A stretch of DNA of 64,000 bases from Octopus sinensis. Taxonomy: Eukaryota. The position numbers and the translations under genes were made by a program. The stretch spans positions 119,598,001 through 119,662,000 of the forward strand of contig NC_043002.1 of the NCBI RefSeq assembly GCF_006345805.1, in the 5' to 3' direction. A model generated the notes under the pieces. That model had not been told where the DNA came from, did not search any database, and worked only from the letters and a program-made list of their open reading frames with translations. Of the stretch, positions 1-12,158 are shown piece after piece. The number at the start of each line of letters is the position of its first letter. Position 1 is the first letter of the stretch.

Positions 1-418
1 GTGTTGCAGCAGCAATATCACCCTGTTTAACTCTGTTATTGATGGAAATTGGTTCCAATAGTGTCTTATTGAAGTTAAGACGAGCTTTCATATCATTATG
101 AAGTTGCTTAAAAAGGTTGACAAATTGAGGTCGACATCCAAGTTTACCAAGAATGGTCTAGAGAACGTCCTATTAACAATGTCGAAGGCTTTTGTTAAAT
201 CGATAAATACATAGTAAATCCACAGATACATAGTAAAGAGTGTATTGTGCCACGTCTTGATTTAAAATCACACTGACACCCCGGGATGACAGAGGGGCAT
301 ATCCACATTGTTAGCCGATTAAGTAAAAGTTCTGCAAAAAGATTCTGGATCTCTCCAGCAAGCCTATTACTTCCGTGGAGGAGAATTTGAACAAGGATAT
401 CTTCAACCAACAACGACA
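1..418 (-). mobile_element. RTE-clade LINE reverse transcriptase fragment (frameshifted, runs off window start)
   Basis: Minus-strand translation gives LFAELLLNRL..CPSVIPGCQCDFKSRRGT, YVFIDLTKAFDIVNR and GCRPQFVNLFKQLHNDMKAR..INNRVKQGD, matching RTE RT motifs (QCGFR, FIDLxKAFD, GVKQG). Confidence 0.85.
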
Positions 419-839
419 GTAGCAGCGGTAATGACAACAACAACGACAACAACAACAACAACTACTACTACTACTACCACCACCACGATGGCAACACCAT
501 GGGCGAACACGCAAACATAGAGATACAGAAACTATATCAAGTTTTCGGGTCCTATGACAGCTGCAGCGACAACGGGGACAGAGGATGGAGCTGAGGGGAA
601 GGCCATACTGCTATTAAGAACAATGAAACACACACACATGCACGCATGCACGCATACATTCACACACACATACATGCACACACGACTACATGCACACACG
701 CATACATGCATACACGCCACACACACAACATACATGCACACACACATACACAGACGCAAAGGCATGCGCACATAAAGATACACATCACAGAACAGCTAGA
801 ATGAACTAAGCGGAGCAAGAGTACATACATAGACGGAAA

Positions 840-884
840 TGTCTCTGAAGAGGTCACAGATGTGTGACGAAAGATTTCCAGACA
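840..884 (+). ncRNA. Minimal type I hammerhead ribozyme motif
   Basis: TGTCT-CTGAAGA-G-GTCAC(AGATGT)GTGAC-GAAA-GATTTC-C-AGACA: core CUGANGA at 845-851, 5-bp stem II, GAAA at 869-872, stem I TGTCT/AGACA. Confidence 0.7.
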
Positions 885-1218
885 ATGGACATGAGTTGGT
901 ATTAGAACAGTAATAAACGAGTGAAGAAAAAAATATATAGTGCGTGTGTGTATTTGGCAAAAACAAAATGACCGTCCCGAAATACATTAATATCTGTTTT
1001 AACACACGATTTCACACCAGGAGTCTTGAACAAATATATTTTCTGTATCTTATATTCGACTCCCTCGCTCTTTGTTTCTTTTCATCTTTGTTTCTCTATT
1101 TCTTCTTCCTTATTTTTAAAAGTAAACAAAAATATGAATATCCATTCATAAAGCGCTTTTCAGAAAACTTCGGTTTCTTTATTTACTTTTCGTAGTGAGT
1201 TACTTTTGTTTAATAATA

Positions 1219-1221
1219 TTC

Positions 1222-1304
<83 letters not shown>

Positions 1305-1400
1305 GTCTGTCTGTCTGTCTGTATGTCTGTCTGTCTGTCTGTCTGCTGTCTGCCTGTCTAAAACTCCCTCTCTCCCTCTCTCTCTCTCTCTCTTTTCTCT
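1219..1400. repeat. Compound (TCTA)n/(TCTG)n/(CT)n microsatellite
   Basis: Directly visible tandem repeats. Confidence 0.95.
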
Positions 1401-2251
1401 TTTTATTGTATCTATCAATGTATCTTTTCTCTTTCTATTTCTTTAATTCTGTTTCTTGTTCTCCTTTCTTTTCACGCCATATTCAAGAAATCTGCTGCCT
1501 GCACTTCCATAATATCAAGTAAAATTAGTGGCGTCGATACAGACCACATTTTGCTGATACAGACCATACTTTCCCATATCGACCAACATCCACAGTTTTG
1601 CCCTTTGTTTTAAGATGGCGTCCATTTCCTACAAACTTAAAATCGCTATTTCCACAAAGAAAATTCAAAAGCAAATTTCATCAGAATGTGATATTTATGT
1701 TTCAACTCGGGTGTTGATACACAACCAGTTCTGTGTTGCTCTCGATAAAATTGGTGATCGTTCGAATATGAAGAGTCTTCTTATGAATTTGCTACAGGAA
1801 GAGAATATCCTTAGGTGTTTCAAATATGAAAATGTTAGATTCACAAAAAATGATGCTCACACAGATATTGCTTGATTATAAAAATTTCCTGTTTGTGGAA
1901 AGTTGTATATAAAAAGAAAAAAGCAAATAAAAACTAAGATGCATTTCTTGCTATTAAGTGTTACTTTTCTTTCAACATTGTTTGCCTTCCTTTTACTTCT
2001 TTCTTTCTTGTGTGACGCAAAATATCAAATATTCCGTGCATAAAGTAATGCGGCCCAAAGTAGTACATATACATATCTACACACATATATATATAACATT
2101 CAACAATATTAAGGAATGGCCCTGATAGGCCATTCGACTCACTAGAAAGAGCAGCCAAACTCAAACCGCTAAATAGTTGTAATTCTGAAACTAAAGGAGA
2201 AATAAAAGCATTTATCCTTTTCATCATATATATATATATACATACACACAT

Positions 2252-2282
<31 letters not shown>

Positions 2283-2604
2283 CATATATATACATACATA
2301 CACATACATATATATGTACATACATACATATATATACATACATACATACATATATATATATATATTCTTGTTAAACCTCGCTAAGATAAATATTTCAATT
2401 AACCTGAAGATTGACTGTAACCATAACTCGAATTATTACGAATTGTACAGCCATGAAACGATCGTAGTGTTTTACTCTTTATCTTTTATTAAACTTTTAA
2501 TACTTTTGATATATATTTAAAATAATATAAATGAATTAATTTTATGTATTGACTTATGTTTTTCATTGTTTGATTTGCCTAATAGTGGTTTTATCTCTAA
2601 TTTA

Positions 2605-2662
<58 letters not shown>

Positions 2663-2665
<3 letters not shown>

Positions 2666-3260
2666 ATGAATATGGTACTTAATTTAGATGCACCAGAATT
2701 CTGTATGGTGTTATCCATATAAATCCGTGGGGTGATTATAATCAAAATAAGCAACAAGAATGACTCCGGTAATTTGGTACGATCGTTTCGTACTACATCA
2801 TTTTATTAAATGTTGTAAGTATTATAACAGTTTTAAAATGCTGAGCACTCATCAGCCAATTATAGAGGTTTTCCATTAATACAAAAATTTTCATATCAAG
2901 TGGCAACATTATAGAGAAGGTAGATATATAGACAAAGATGTGGATTTAAATTTTAAGAACATTTGAGCTAGTGGAGCCCATCAACTGACTGACTAAGATT
3001 CAGTTGTTCCAGACTACTGTAAGGTTCTGAGAGGGAAGAACAAATGAAAGGAGACAATAAAGATTTTCTATTTATAGAAATAAGGCAAATGGGATGTCAG
3101 AGCTCCATATAAGGAATTTATGTAGAAAACAGCATTGTCACAACTAAATGCCAATTACTACTATTTGATGAACAGATCCGGCGTTAGGAGAACTAGGTCA
3201 ATGTCAAGTGATCACAATAACATTCACAGAGAATGCAGAGACCTTACAAGCCCTATGCAC
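2663..3260 (-). mobile_element. PLE 3' end: RT thumb remnant plus HHR-bearing terminal repeat
   Basis: Minus strand reads ..RRICSSNS.. (PLE thumb RICS motif) near 3170-3185, followed by the HHR at 2771-2861. The terminal ~200 bp is homologous to 52125-52325 and abuts (TA)n. Confidence 0.6.
2771..2861 (-). ncRNA. Type I hammerhead ribozyme, canonical core
   Basis: Reverse complement: TTGG-CTGATGA-GTGC..long stem II..GTAC-GAAAC-GATC-GTA/CCAA. Palindromic loop III (ACGATCGT), GUA triplet, predicted cut between 2778 and 2777. Confidence 0.85.
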
Positions 3261-3654
3261 ATCATCCCTTCAGTTAGTCTATAAGTTCCGAGTACTTTGA
3301 GACGTTAAAATAAAGGAAAAAATATAAATCTAAAATTTATTCAATTTGAAGAAAAAGACTATCACTTATTATGAGTAGGCATAGTACTTATTAACTGGGG
3401 GGAAAGCCTTATTAATTAAGTGAACATATTAGGGGTCAAAATATATACTAAGAAAGATGGAAGAGGAAAAAATCAAAGAAGGAAGATATTCGTAGGTTTA
3501 GTAGAAGGTGATTTTAAAATATGAAGAGAGGTAATTTAGAAGAGTAAATTATTCAGATTTCATGGATAGTGAGTTGATATTAATGAATTAAAATATAGGA
3601 TCTGTTGGAAATAAAATTTACTACCTGCGGATAAAGGTTAATTAGTTAGGTAAA

Positions 3655-4143
3655 AATATCTTAGGTTAATTATATATTACGAAATGGAAGTGAGATAATC
3701 AAGATGAACCAAATAGTTTCCCTAGGGACATAGGATTAATACTACTTAGTATTGGAGAACGTTATAAAAAGAAGAATTTAATTCTAAGTTTGCAATGAAG
3801 TTTTTTAATCATTTATGGGTGTTAAACTAAAACCAGTATGGTATATTCGTTCCTATTTGGTTAAATATATTTTGTAAAGATATCTTAGCCTAATTATATA
3901 TTAAGCAATGGAAGTGAGATAATCAAGGTGAACCGAATAGTTTCCTTAGGGGTATAGGATTCATACTATTTAGTATTCATACTATTTGGGATTCATACTC
4001 TTTAGGATTCCAACTATTTAGATTCATACAGTTTAATTTTAGAAAAAGAAGAATTCAATATTAAGTTTGCAGTGAAGTTTTTTTAGTCATCTATGAATGT
4101 TAAATTGAAAGCCAGTATGGTATATCCGTTCTTATTTGGTTAT
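3655..4143. repeat. Diverged tandem duplication (~210-260 bp units) in a PLE 3' region
   Basis: 3655-3864 and 3880-4143 share ATATCTTAG..AATGGAAGTGAGATAATCAAG..AAGAAGAATT..CCAGTATGGTATAT..TATTTGGTT. Confidence 0.85.
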
Positions 4144-4164
4144 AATGAATTAAAATTTGAAAAA

Positions 4165-4450
4165 TATAGGAATATTCACAAAATTATTATTTAAAGTATT
4201 TAAACGTTCGGGTCGTACGATGTATACAAGATGCTCCCAGCTCCAAACGGTTATTCAACAGATTAGTATTACTCTGATGTTTCAAAATTTCTTAAGTTTC
4301 CATAGAACAAAGTTGACAACCATCCCTACTATTTCTATAAGGTTGCGCTCTTCTTACTATGTCCCATTATAGGTTGAATTCTATATTATGTGTTCTTAGT
4401 TCCCAAATTTTGTTAGATAATGTTGTGCAACCTGCTTTATGTTTGAGCCT
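4165..4450 (-). mobile_element. PLE GIY-YIG endonuclease C-terminal fragment
   Basis: TTLSNKIWELRTHNIEFNL*WDIVRRAQPY..GCQLCSME..LLNNRLELGASCIHR resembles the PLE EN C-terminus (LSxxIWxLK..WxI..A.PY..CxLC..E..LN.R.E..C.H). Confidence 0.75.
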
Positions 4451-4496
4451 AGGCTCAAACATAAGGCAGGTCGCACAACATTATCTAGCAAACTTT
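4405..4496. repeat. Spacerless palindrome (46-bp arms) at the truncated 5' end of the PLE fragment
   Basis: 4411-4450 equals the reverse complement of 4451-4490 with 3 transition mismatches. Centre GAGCCT|AGGCTC. Confidence 0.95.
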
Positions 4497-4499
4497 TGA

Positions 4500-4885
<386 letters not shown>

Positions 4886-5829
4886 TTGTTTACACGCAAA
4901 GCGTGTAAATAATATCTCAAAGTCTTTAATGGGCGCTAAAAAATACCAAAGGCATATTAGAAATCAGAACCAGCAGCATATATTCTGAGTACCGAACCTC
5001 GAAGAATTAGCAGTAAATATAGATATCTTGCTCAAATATCATCCAACCGTTTTCTATAGGACGGGGATCTCAATGTATTATGTAGTTATACATATACGAT
5101 GGCCGAGAGAAAGATGTAAGGATCAAGATACAGTACTGCACGCATTTCTCTGCTACACATGAAAAATGATTTGTTGGTCTCAGGTGATAAAATATTTGCT
5201 GGCATTACTAAGTCTGTACTAGTGTTTACTAAGAAGGTGAGATATAGATGATGTTGGAGGGGTTGTTGTTAGCAACTGAATTCATCAGATTTGAGACGAA
5301 GTTTTTAACAATTATCGTCATTAGATTTGGCGTATGAAGCGCTGGAATTGTATTTGAACAAATATCTGCTGAATCGGCGATAAATCGAGAGTAAACGACA
5401 CCTTATGAGGGCAAATATATATTTTAATCATGGTTTTCCTGTTTGGTGCAGCAAGGAACCTCCCTCGACTGCGTTTTTGCTTGTAGCACAATCCTTATTA
5501 ACCGTGTACATGTTAGAGTCAGTATTTCAGTTGCAGAATCAACAGGTTATCTCTGAAGGAGCAACAGATAAGGTAAGAAGCTGACAGCCAATTTCGTTGT
5601 TCCAGCGAATTCTTCATCGAATAGATCAAAACTAAGTTAACATATAAAGGAATACCTAATTTGTGAGATGGAAATGAAACTCAGTTTTCTATAAATGTTA
5701 GCAGGGTATTTTTTCCTGTAAAGCAATATTTAGAAATAGAATGAAAGAAGCACAGGGTAGATCATTAACTTCACAGCAAATATAACTAGTGTCCTATGAA
5801 TATTAAAAATTGTATAAACCAACACTGGA

Positions 5830-6210
5830 TTTGCTTATGATGCGTCCGGTAATTTATCCTTAATGCATTTTGTAAAATACAGATATAAAAATCTCACTCC
5901 TGGAATTTGGTTCACTCAATGGAGGTCCTTAATGCTTTTGAAAGATACGCATTTTCAAGTGTGCACGTAGAACGTCTTCTTGGCCCGTTAATATAAAGAT
6001 CTTCCATTTGGTGTTGTAGCTGACGTAATTGTATGTTTCTTCTCGGAGAGTCTAAAGATTAAAAGAAGGTTGTGAAATCTGCTTTTAAATTTTCCTTCCA
6101 CAGTTCCAATATAACGCTTGGTCTTCGTCTGGCCGCTGGTTACATTTACTTTGATGTTAATAATATCCACAGTGTTTCTCCTTGTCTTTTTCTAAATGCG
6201 CATATTCTTC
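5830..6210 (-). mobile_element. Inverted PLE GIY-YIG fragment
   Basis: INIKVNVTSGQTKTKRYIGTVEGKFKSRFHN; same family as 8810-9110 but in the opposite orientation. Confidence 0.75.
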
Positions 6211-6211
6211 A

Positions 6212-6335
6212 AACGTCGATTGCATCGAACCCAGTTACTAAACCGTCTTGTTTATACCAGCCTGTTAAATGGCGAAATTAATATTTCGATCAGGAACGTT
6301 GGGTAACTTTATTTCTCAAGACATGTGGTTTCATT
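6212..6335 (+). repeat. PLE pseudo-LTR segment (copy 1); copy 2 at 9328-9445
   Basis: AAACGTCGAT..ATCGAAC..GTTACTA..CC(G/A)TCTTG..ACCAG..GAAAT..AATATTTC..CAGGAA is shared by both positions. Confidence 0.75.
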
Positions 6336-6359
6336 ACAATAATATCTATATTATTAGAT

Positions 6360-6789
6360 AGGAGTGGCTGTGTGGTAAGTAATTTGCTAACCAGCCACAT
6401 GGTTCCGGGTTCAGTCCCACTGCGTGGCATCTTGGGCAAGTGTCTTCTGCTACAGCCCAGGGCCGACCAATGCCTTGTGAGTGGATTTGGTAGACGGAAA
6501 GACGGAAACTGAAAGAAGCCTGTCGTATATATGCATATATATGTATATGTGTGTGTGTGTGTGTGTGTTTGTGTGTCTCTGTTTGTCCCCCCAATATCGC
6601 TTGACAACCGATGCTGGTTTGTTTACGTCCCCGTCACTTAGTGGTTCGGCAAAAGAGACCGATAGAATAAGTACTGGGCTTACAAATAATAAATCCCGGG
6701 GTCGATTTGCTCGACTAAAGGCGGTGCTCCAGCATGGCCGCAGTCAAATGACTGAAACAAGTAAAAGAGTAAAAGAGAGTAAAAGAGTA
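6360..6789 (+). mobile_element. tRNA-derived SINE group A (octopus OK/OR-type), full length
   Basis: A/B-box-like head (TGGCTGTGTGG..GGTTCAGTCC), CORE-like CTTGGGCAAGTGTCTT, internal TA/TG microsatellite, (AAAGAGTA)n tail; many copies in the window. Confidence 0.9.
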
Positions 6790-7019
6790 TTCTCTTAACT
6801 GATCTACTGATCGAGTGGTATACTACTTGCTGAAACCATGCCACATAGTTTATTGCTACTGTACAGGTGTAACCATTGCAGATTTTTCTTAAGAATGGCA
6901 AAGCTTAGCCAGTACTGTTGAGCGCTCTACGATGCAATTATTCAACTTCATGATGAATTTTTTTTCACATGAATTACTCTGCTAGGAACATTCTTATACA
7001 AACCTTATTTTTACATGAG

Positions 7020-9445
7020 GATGCTCATAGAAAAAACAGAGCACTTTGTTAAACGCTAACAATAGCGGGCCTTAAAGTTCGATGACGAGTTACCTATAGC
7101 ATTTAATGAGCATTTTGATATACAATCTCGAAAATTTCCCTCATGTATCAATGACTCTGTCCCTTTCAAGACCGATTTGCTGTACCTTATTTTCACCATT
7201 GAATTTAGTAATTACCCTTACTCTAACCAGATCCAATGTAAGTTACTAAAGATTTACATCTATTTAAGAACTCTAACAGTAATCATATATTTTCGGATGA
7301 AGCAGATAGGGGTATGCATAATAAATTATTAATTAATAGCATTACAGATAAACGCCAAAAGTCTAACGTAGATATTTACAACAATATTAACACGGAAGGT
7401 AAAGCCCTCGCAAAAGTGTTTAATATAGATAAAAGAACTGAATGTGTGATTAAGAGAGGGGCTCTCATCATATAGAAAGCTGATTTTTAGAATCGATCAA
7501 AATACAGACTATGGCGTAAATAGAATTAGCAAGCAAAAGAATTTTAAAGAATATTAATAAAATTAAGGAATCTTGTTACTGTGGACCAATAGTTTCCCTG
7601 TGATATTTTGGTTCAAATAAATCCTCAATAAGAGTAAAGCAAAATTCAGTTTAATATTATGGATTCCTACCGGTTGATTTCTGAATCACTGTTGTGTGAC
7701 TTCATTGGAGATTGCACATTAGTTTGTAACCATCGATGAATATGAAATAAACCTCTATATGCACTCACGTAATACACTGTTATTTAGTGGCGGATCTATC
7801 TGGATAAAGAAATAACGTTTATGAACTATTCGATGTGCCAATTGAGTTCATTCGATAGCACAGATATATGCAAGTTTGTTGTTTATACATACTAAACCAG
7901 CTAAATTGGAAATTCCCCATCCCAAACATAGGTATATAGCAGGACGATGCTTTGGTGTGGGTATCAAATAATTGCCATTCTCTTAGAAAACAATAGATAT
8001 CAACCTTTACCTATTTGGGATTTATAATTTCTATTGAAACTAACCTAAGTAGGATTGGATTTTCAGATCTCAAAATTAATTCCTATACATCCTTCTATTA
8101 GCCCAACGAAAATCTAGAATATATCAAAATGCACTCTTTCTAACTATCTGTTATATTTAGGAACTTAATTCAGAACATTAGTCGTAGAATTATTTGCTTT
8201 TCATCATTTACAGAAATATTTGAAAATACATCTCCATATTATATGGCTTTACAGGATAGCGGCTATAACCCTCCATCTCATCAACCATGTGGTCGTAAGA
8301 ATAGTCCCTCTCAATATTTTATGCCCCCATCCTTCTTCCTAAATATTAGGACAAATATGGGTAGATGATTCTTACACTTATTAAATAATCACTTTCTAAG
8401 AAATCCTGAGTATAAATAAATATTTGATAAGCGCACTGAAATCACATATTCATGCCCCACCTAATGTAAAAGCATATATCAATAAACAACTAATGGCTGA
8501 GACATGGATGCACATGGGTAGCTAAATCTAAATGCCCTCTTGGGCATCCGATATATCCTCCGTTGTTTAAGGCGGCGAGCTGGCAGAAACGTTAGCACGC
8601 CGGGCGAAATGCGTAGCCGTATTTCGTCTGCCGTTACGTTCTGAGTTCAAATTCCGCCGAGGTCGACTTAACCTTTCATCCTTTCGGGGTCGATTAAATA
8701 AGTACCAGTTATGCACTGGGGTCGATATAATCGACTTAATCCGTTTGTCTGTCCCCGTTTGTCCCCTCTGTGTTTAGCCCCTTGTGGGTAGTAAAGAAAT
8801 AGAAGTACAGGTATCAGCGAACTATGGCAACGGCCGGACAGGGACCAAGCGTTATATTTGATCTGTGGAAAGTACATTTAAATCTAGATACAACAACCAT
8901 CTTTCAGTCTTTAGACGTCCCGAGAAGAGACAAGCAACATCCCTTTCGGCATTAATCTAGAAACTTATGGACGAATACATCAACTGCAACATCAAAGAGA
9001 AGATCCTTTCTGAGGCCAAACCATATATTATCGAGTCTATAAGAAGTTCCTTATACTCGTATGAGAATTATAACTTTCAAAAAAACAGTTACTGTGTAAA
9101 TCACCAGTTACTGTGTAAATATGAAGAGCGAGATTTCTTCTTGATGTCCACGTTTTACAAAATACATCTTAGTGGCAATTAAAGATAAACCACTGGATAC
9201 ATCCCAAACCATTCCAGTTTTGGTTTATGCATTTTTTGGTAATAGAAAGACACTGGTTATATTTGCGGTGAAGTTAATCACCCACCCTCTGTATTTCTCC
9301 CCTTCTTTTTATATATATAGGCTCTCATTCAAACGTCGATGGTATCGAACGCTGTTACTAGACCATCTTGTTTTCACCAGGCTGATAAATGGTGAAATAA
9401 ATTAATATTTCATTCAGGAAATCCTGGGAAGCTGTATTTCACAAT
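7020..9445 (+). mobile_element. Decayed near-full-length PLE (RT + C-terminal GIY-YIG + pLTR), interrupted by a SINE
   Basis: LIEKTEHFVKR N-terminus; GGSIWIKK..SFDSTDICKFV..ILNQL..QDDAL RT motifs near 7790-7960; KRYI..ESTFKSRYNNH..ILSEAKPY endonuclease at 8810-9110; many stop codons. Confidence 0.8.
8569..8802 (+). mobile_element. tRNA-derived SINE group B
   Basis: AAGGCGGCGAGCTGGCAG head, GAGTTCAAATTCC B box, GGTCGAC..TTTCATCCTTTCGGGGTCGAT..AAGTACC central domain; further copies at 20905-21222. Confidence 0.85.
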
Positions 9446-9478
9446 GTTTTTTTGGTTTTGTATTATATATATACATAC

Positions 9479-9567
<89 letters not shown>

Positions 9568-9807
9568 TGTGTGTGTGTGTGTTTGTGTGTGTGTTTGTGT
9601 GTGTGCGTACGTACGTGTGAATACTTTTGATGGATATTTTTTAACGATCAAAAATCGGTGTTTACAAATGTATTATTGTGTTATACAGATACAAACAGGC
9701 ACATGTACACAGACACACAGACACACACACAGATCTATCTATCTATATATATATATTATATACAGAGCGAGAGAGACAGAGCGATGGTGTGAGAGAGAGA
9801 TGGATAG

Positions 9808-9865
<58 letters not shown>

Positions 9866-10028
9866 TGAGAGTGAGATCTATGTTCTCCAATCATGCCCTT
9901 CCTGCGGGCTTAACCTACAGATGTTCAGACTGAATATCAGCCACATCAATGTCATCAATCTAGGAATATTTCCAAAGATCATGGCTACAGTCCCTTACTC
10001 TTGCTCCACTGACTGACCGATAAAAAAT

Positions 10029-10800
10029 GAATGTATGTATGTATGTATGAATGTATGTATGTATGATTGTATGTATGTATGTACGAATGTATGTATGTAT
10101 GTATGTATGTATGTATGTACGCATGTATGTATGTATGTATGTATGTATGTATGTATGTATGTATGTATGTATGTGCGTATGTATGTATGTGTGTATGTAT
10201 GTATGTATGCATGTATGTATGTACGCATGTATGTACGCATGTATGTATGTAAGTATGTATGTATGTATGTATGTATGTATGAATGTATGTATGTATGTAT
10301 TTATGTACGCATGTATGTACGCATGTATGTACGCATATGTAAGTATGTATGTATGTATGTATGTATGTATGTATGCATGTACGCATGCATGTATGTATGT
10401 ATGCATGCATGTATGCATGTATGCATGTATGTATGTATGTATGTATGAATGTATGTATGTATGTATGTATGTATGTATGTATGTACGCATGTATGTATGT
10501 ATGAATGTATGTATGTGTGTATATATGTATGTATGTAAGTATGTATGTATGTGTGTATGTATGTATGTATGTATGTATGTGTGTATGTATGTATGTATAT
10601 ATGTATGTATGTATGTATGTACGCATGCATGCACGCATGTATGTATGTACGTATGTATGCGTGTATGAGTGTATGAATGTATGTATGTGTGTATATATGT
10701 ATGTATGTAAGTATGTATGTATGCATGTATGTATGTATGTATGTATGTATGAATGTATGTATGTATGTATGTACGTATGTATGCGTGTATGAGTGTATCT
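10029..10800. repeat. ~770-bp (TATG)n array with variant units and higher-order duplication
   Basis: Directly visible; source of many spurious YVCM/HTYI ORFs. Confidence 0.95.
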
Positions 10801-11419
10801 ATGTAACCATGAATATAATTTCTTTGTCAGCATGTAAAACTCAATGGTTGCAGAAAGAATCATTCTGGCAACTATTGTTACTTAGTGATTGTAGTTCAGA
10901 TAGGGCAAGACCTTAGAAACATCATGAAGAAGAAATAATGTAATTTTCCCTGCCTGGCAAAGCATCAAAAATGCCTTTATGCATTTTTCTATTTTAATGT
11001 AAAAATGACAATTATTGATACGAAAGAATTTATTGAGTTTTCATATCAATAAATTATATTTTGTCTCAGTCATTTATGAAAAATCTCTGAATCTCTCTGG
11101 GTTGAGAGTAAATAAGTTTTGTAAGAAAATGTAGCTATTGATCCTGGTTGATTTCAGGAAGTGAAATCGCTAGAGAAAGTTTGAAAGTAGAACTATATGA
11201 AGTTGTTTATATTCAGCTTAATATTGTCTGAAACATTGACAATAACACTATATAAAGAAATAATGTATGAAATATATAATAAGTAGTCATCAACAAAGAG
11301 GTCGAACAAATACAGGTACAAAGGACAAAACTTTGAGGCAAAAATAAACATAAATAGGAAATTGCTCTCTGTCCAATATATGTGCGCGTACATACAATAC
11401 GCATAGAAACATGCGCACG

Positions 11420-11671
11420 CAAACATACGCTTATATATATACACATATATACATACATACATATATATATATATATTATATATATATATATATTATATAT
11501 ATATATATATAATAATATATATACATATATGTATGTATGTGTGCGTGTGCATGTAAGTATATACACATACATACACATATATATGTATACATACATATAC
11601 ATTTATGTATATATTATGTCTACATATATATATGCGTGTATTATACGTATATATACACATATATGCACATA

Positions 11672-11714
<43 letters not shown>

Positions 11715-11873
11715 CATACACACACCACACACCCACACATATATATATATATCTATATATATATACATATATATATATGTATACATACATATACATTTAT
11801 GTATATATATATGTCTACATATATATATGCGTGTATTATACGTATATATACACATATATGCACACATATATAT

Positions 11874-11912
<39 letters not shown>

Positions 11913-11926
11913 CATACACACAACAC

Positions 11927-11979
<53 letters not shown>

Positions 11980-12118
11980 GTATACATAATATACATTATG
12001 TATATATATGTCTACATATATATATATGCGTGTATTATACATATATATACACATATTGTCGCTATAGTATGTCGCTATACTCTATATATTTATATATATG
12101 TATATTATATATATATAG

Positions 12119-12158
<40 letters not shown>

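Noticed and set aside
1615-1875. 86-aa ORF MASISYKLKIA..
   Set aside because: No recognisable domain or splice context; the region looks like a non-autonomous DNA-element end but I could not identify termini.
5531-5572. Possible 42-nt exon LQNQQVISEGATDK with AAG|GTAAGA donor
   Set aside because: The splice signals are plausible, but there is no recognisable homology or linked exon, so it cannot be told from chance.
6212-6335. pLTR CTGTTAAATGGCGAAAT motif as a hammerhead
   Set aside because: No stem II and a non-canonical core in both copies, so not called as an HHR.
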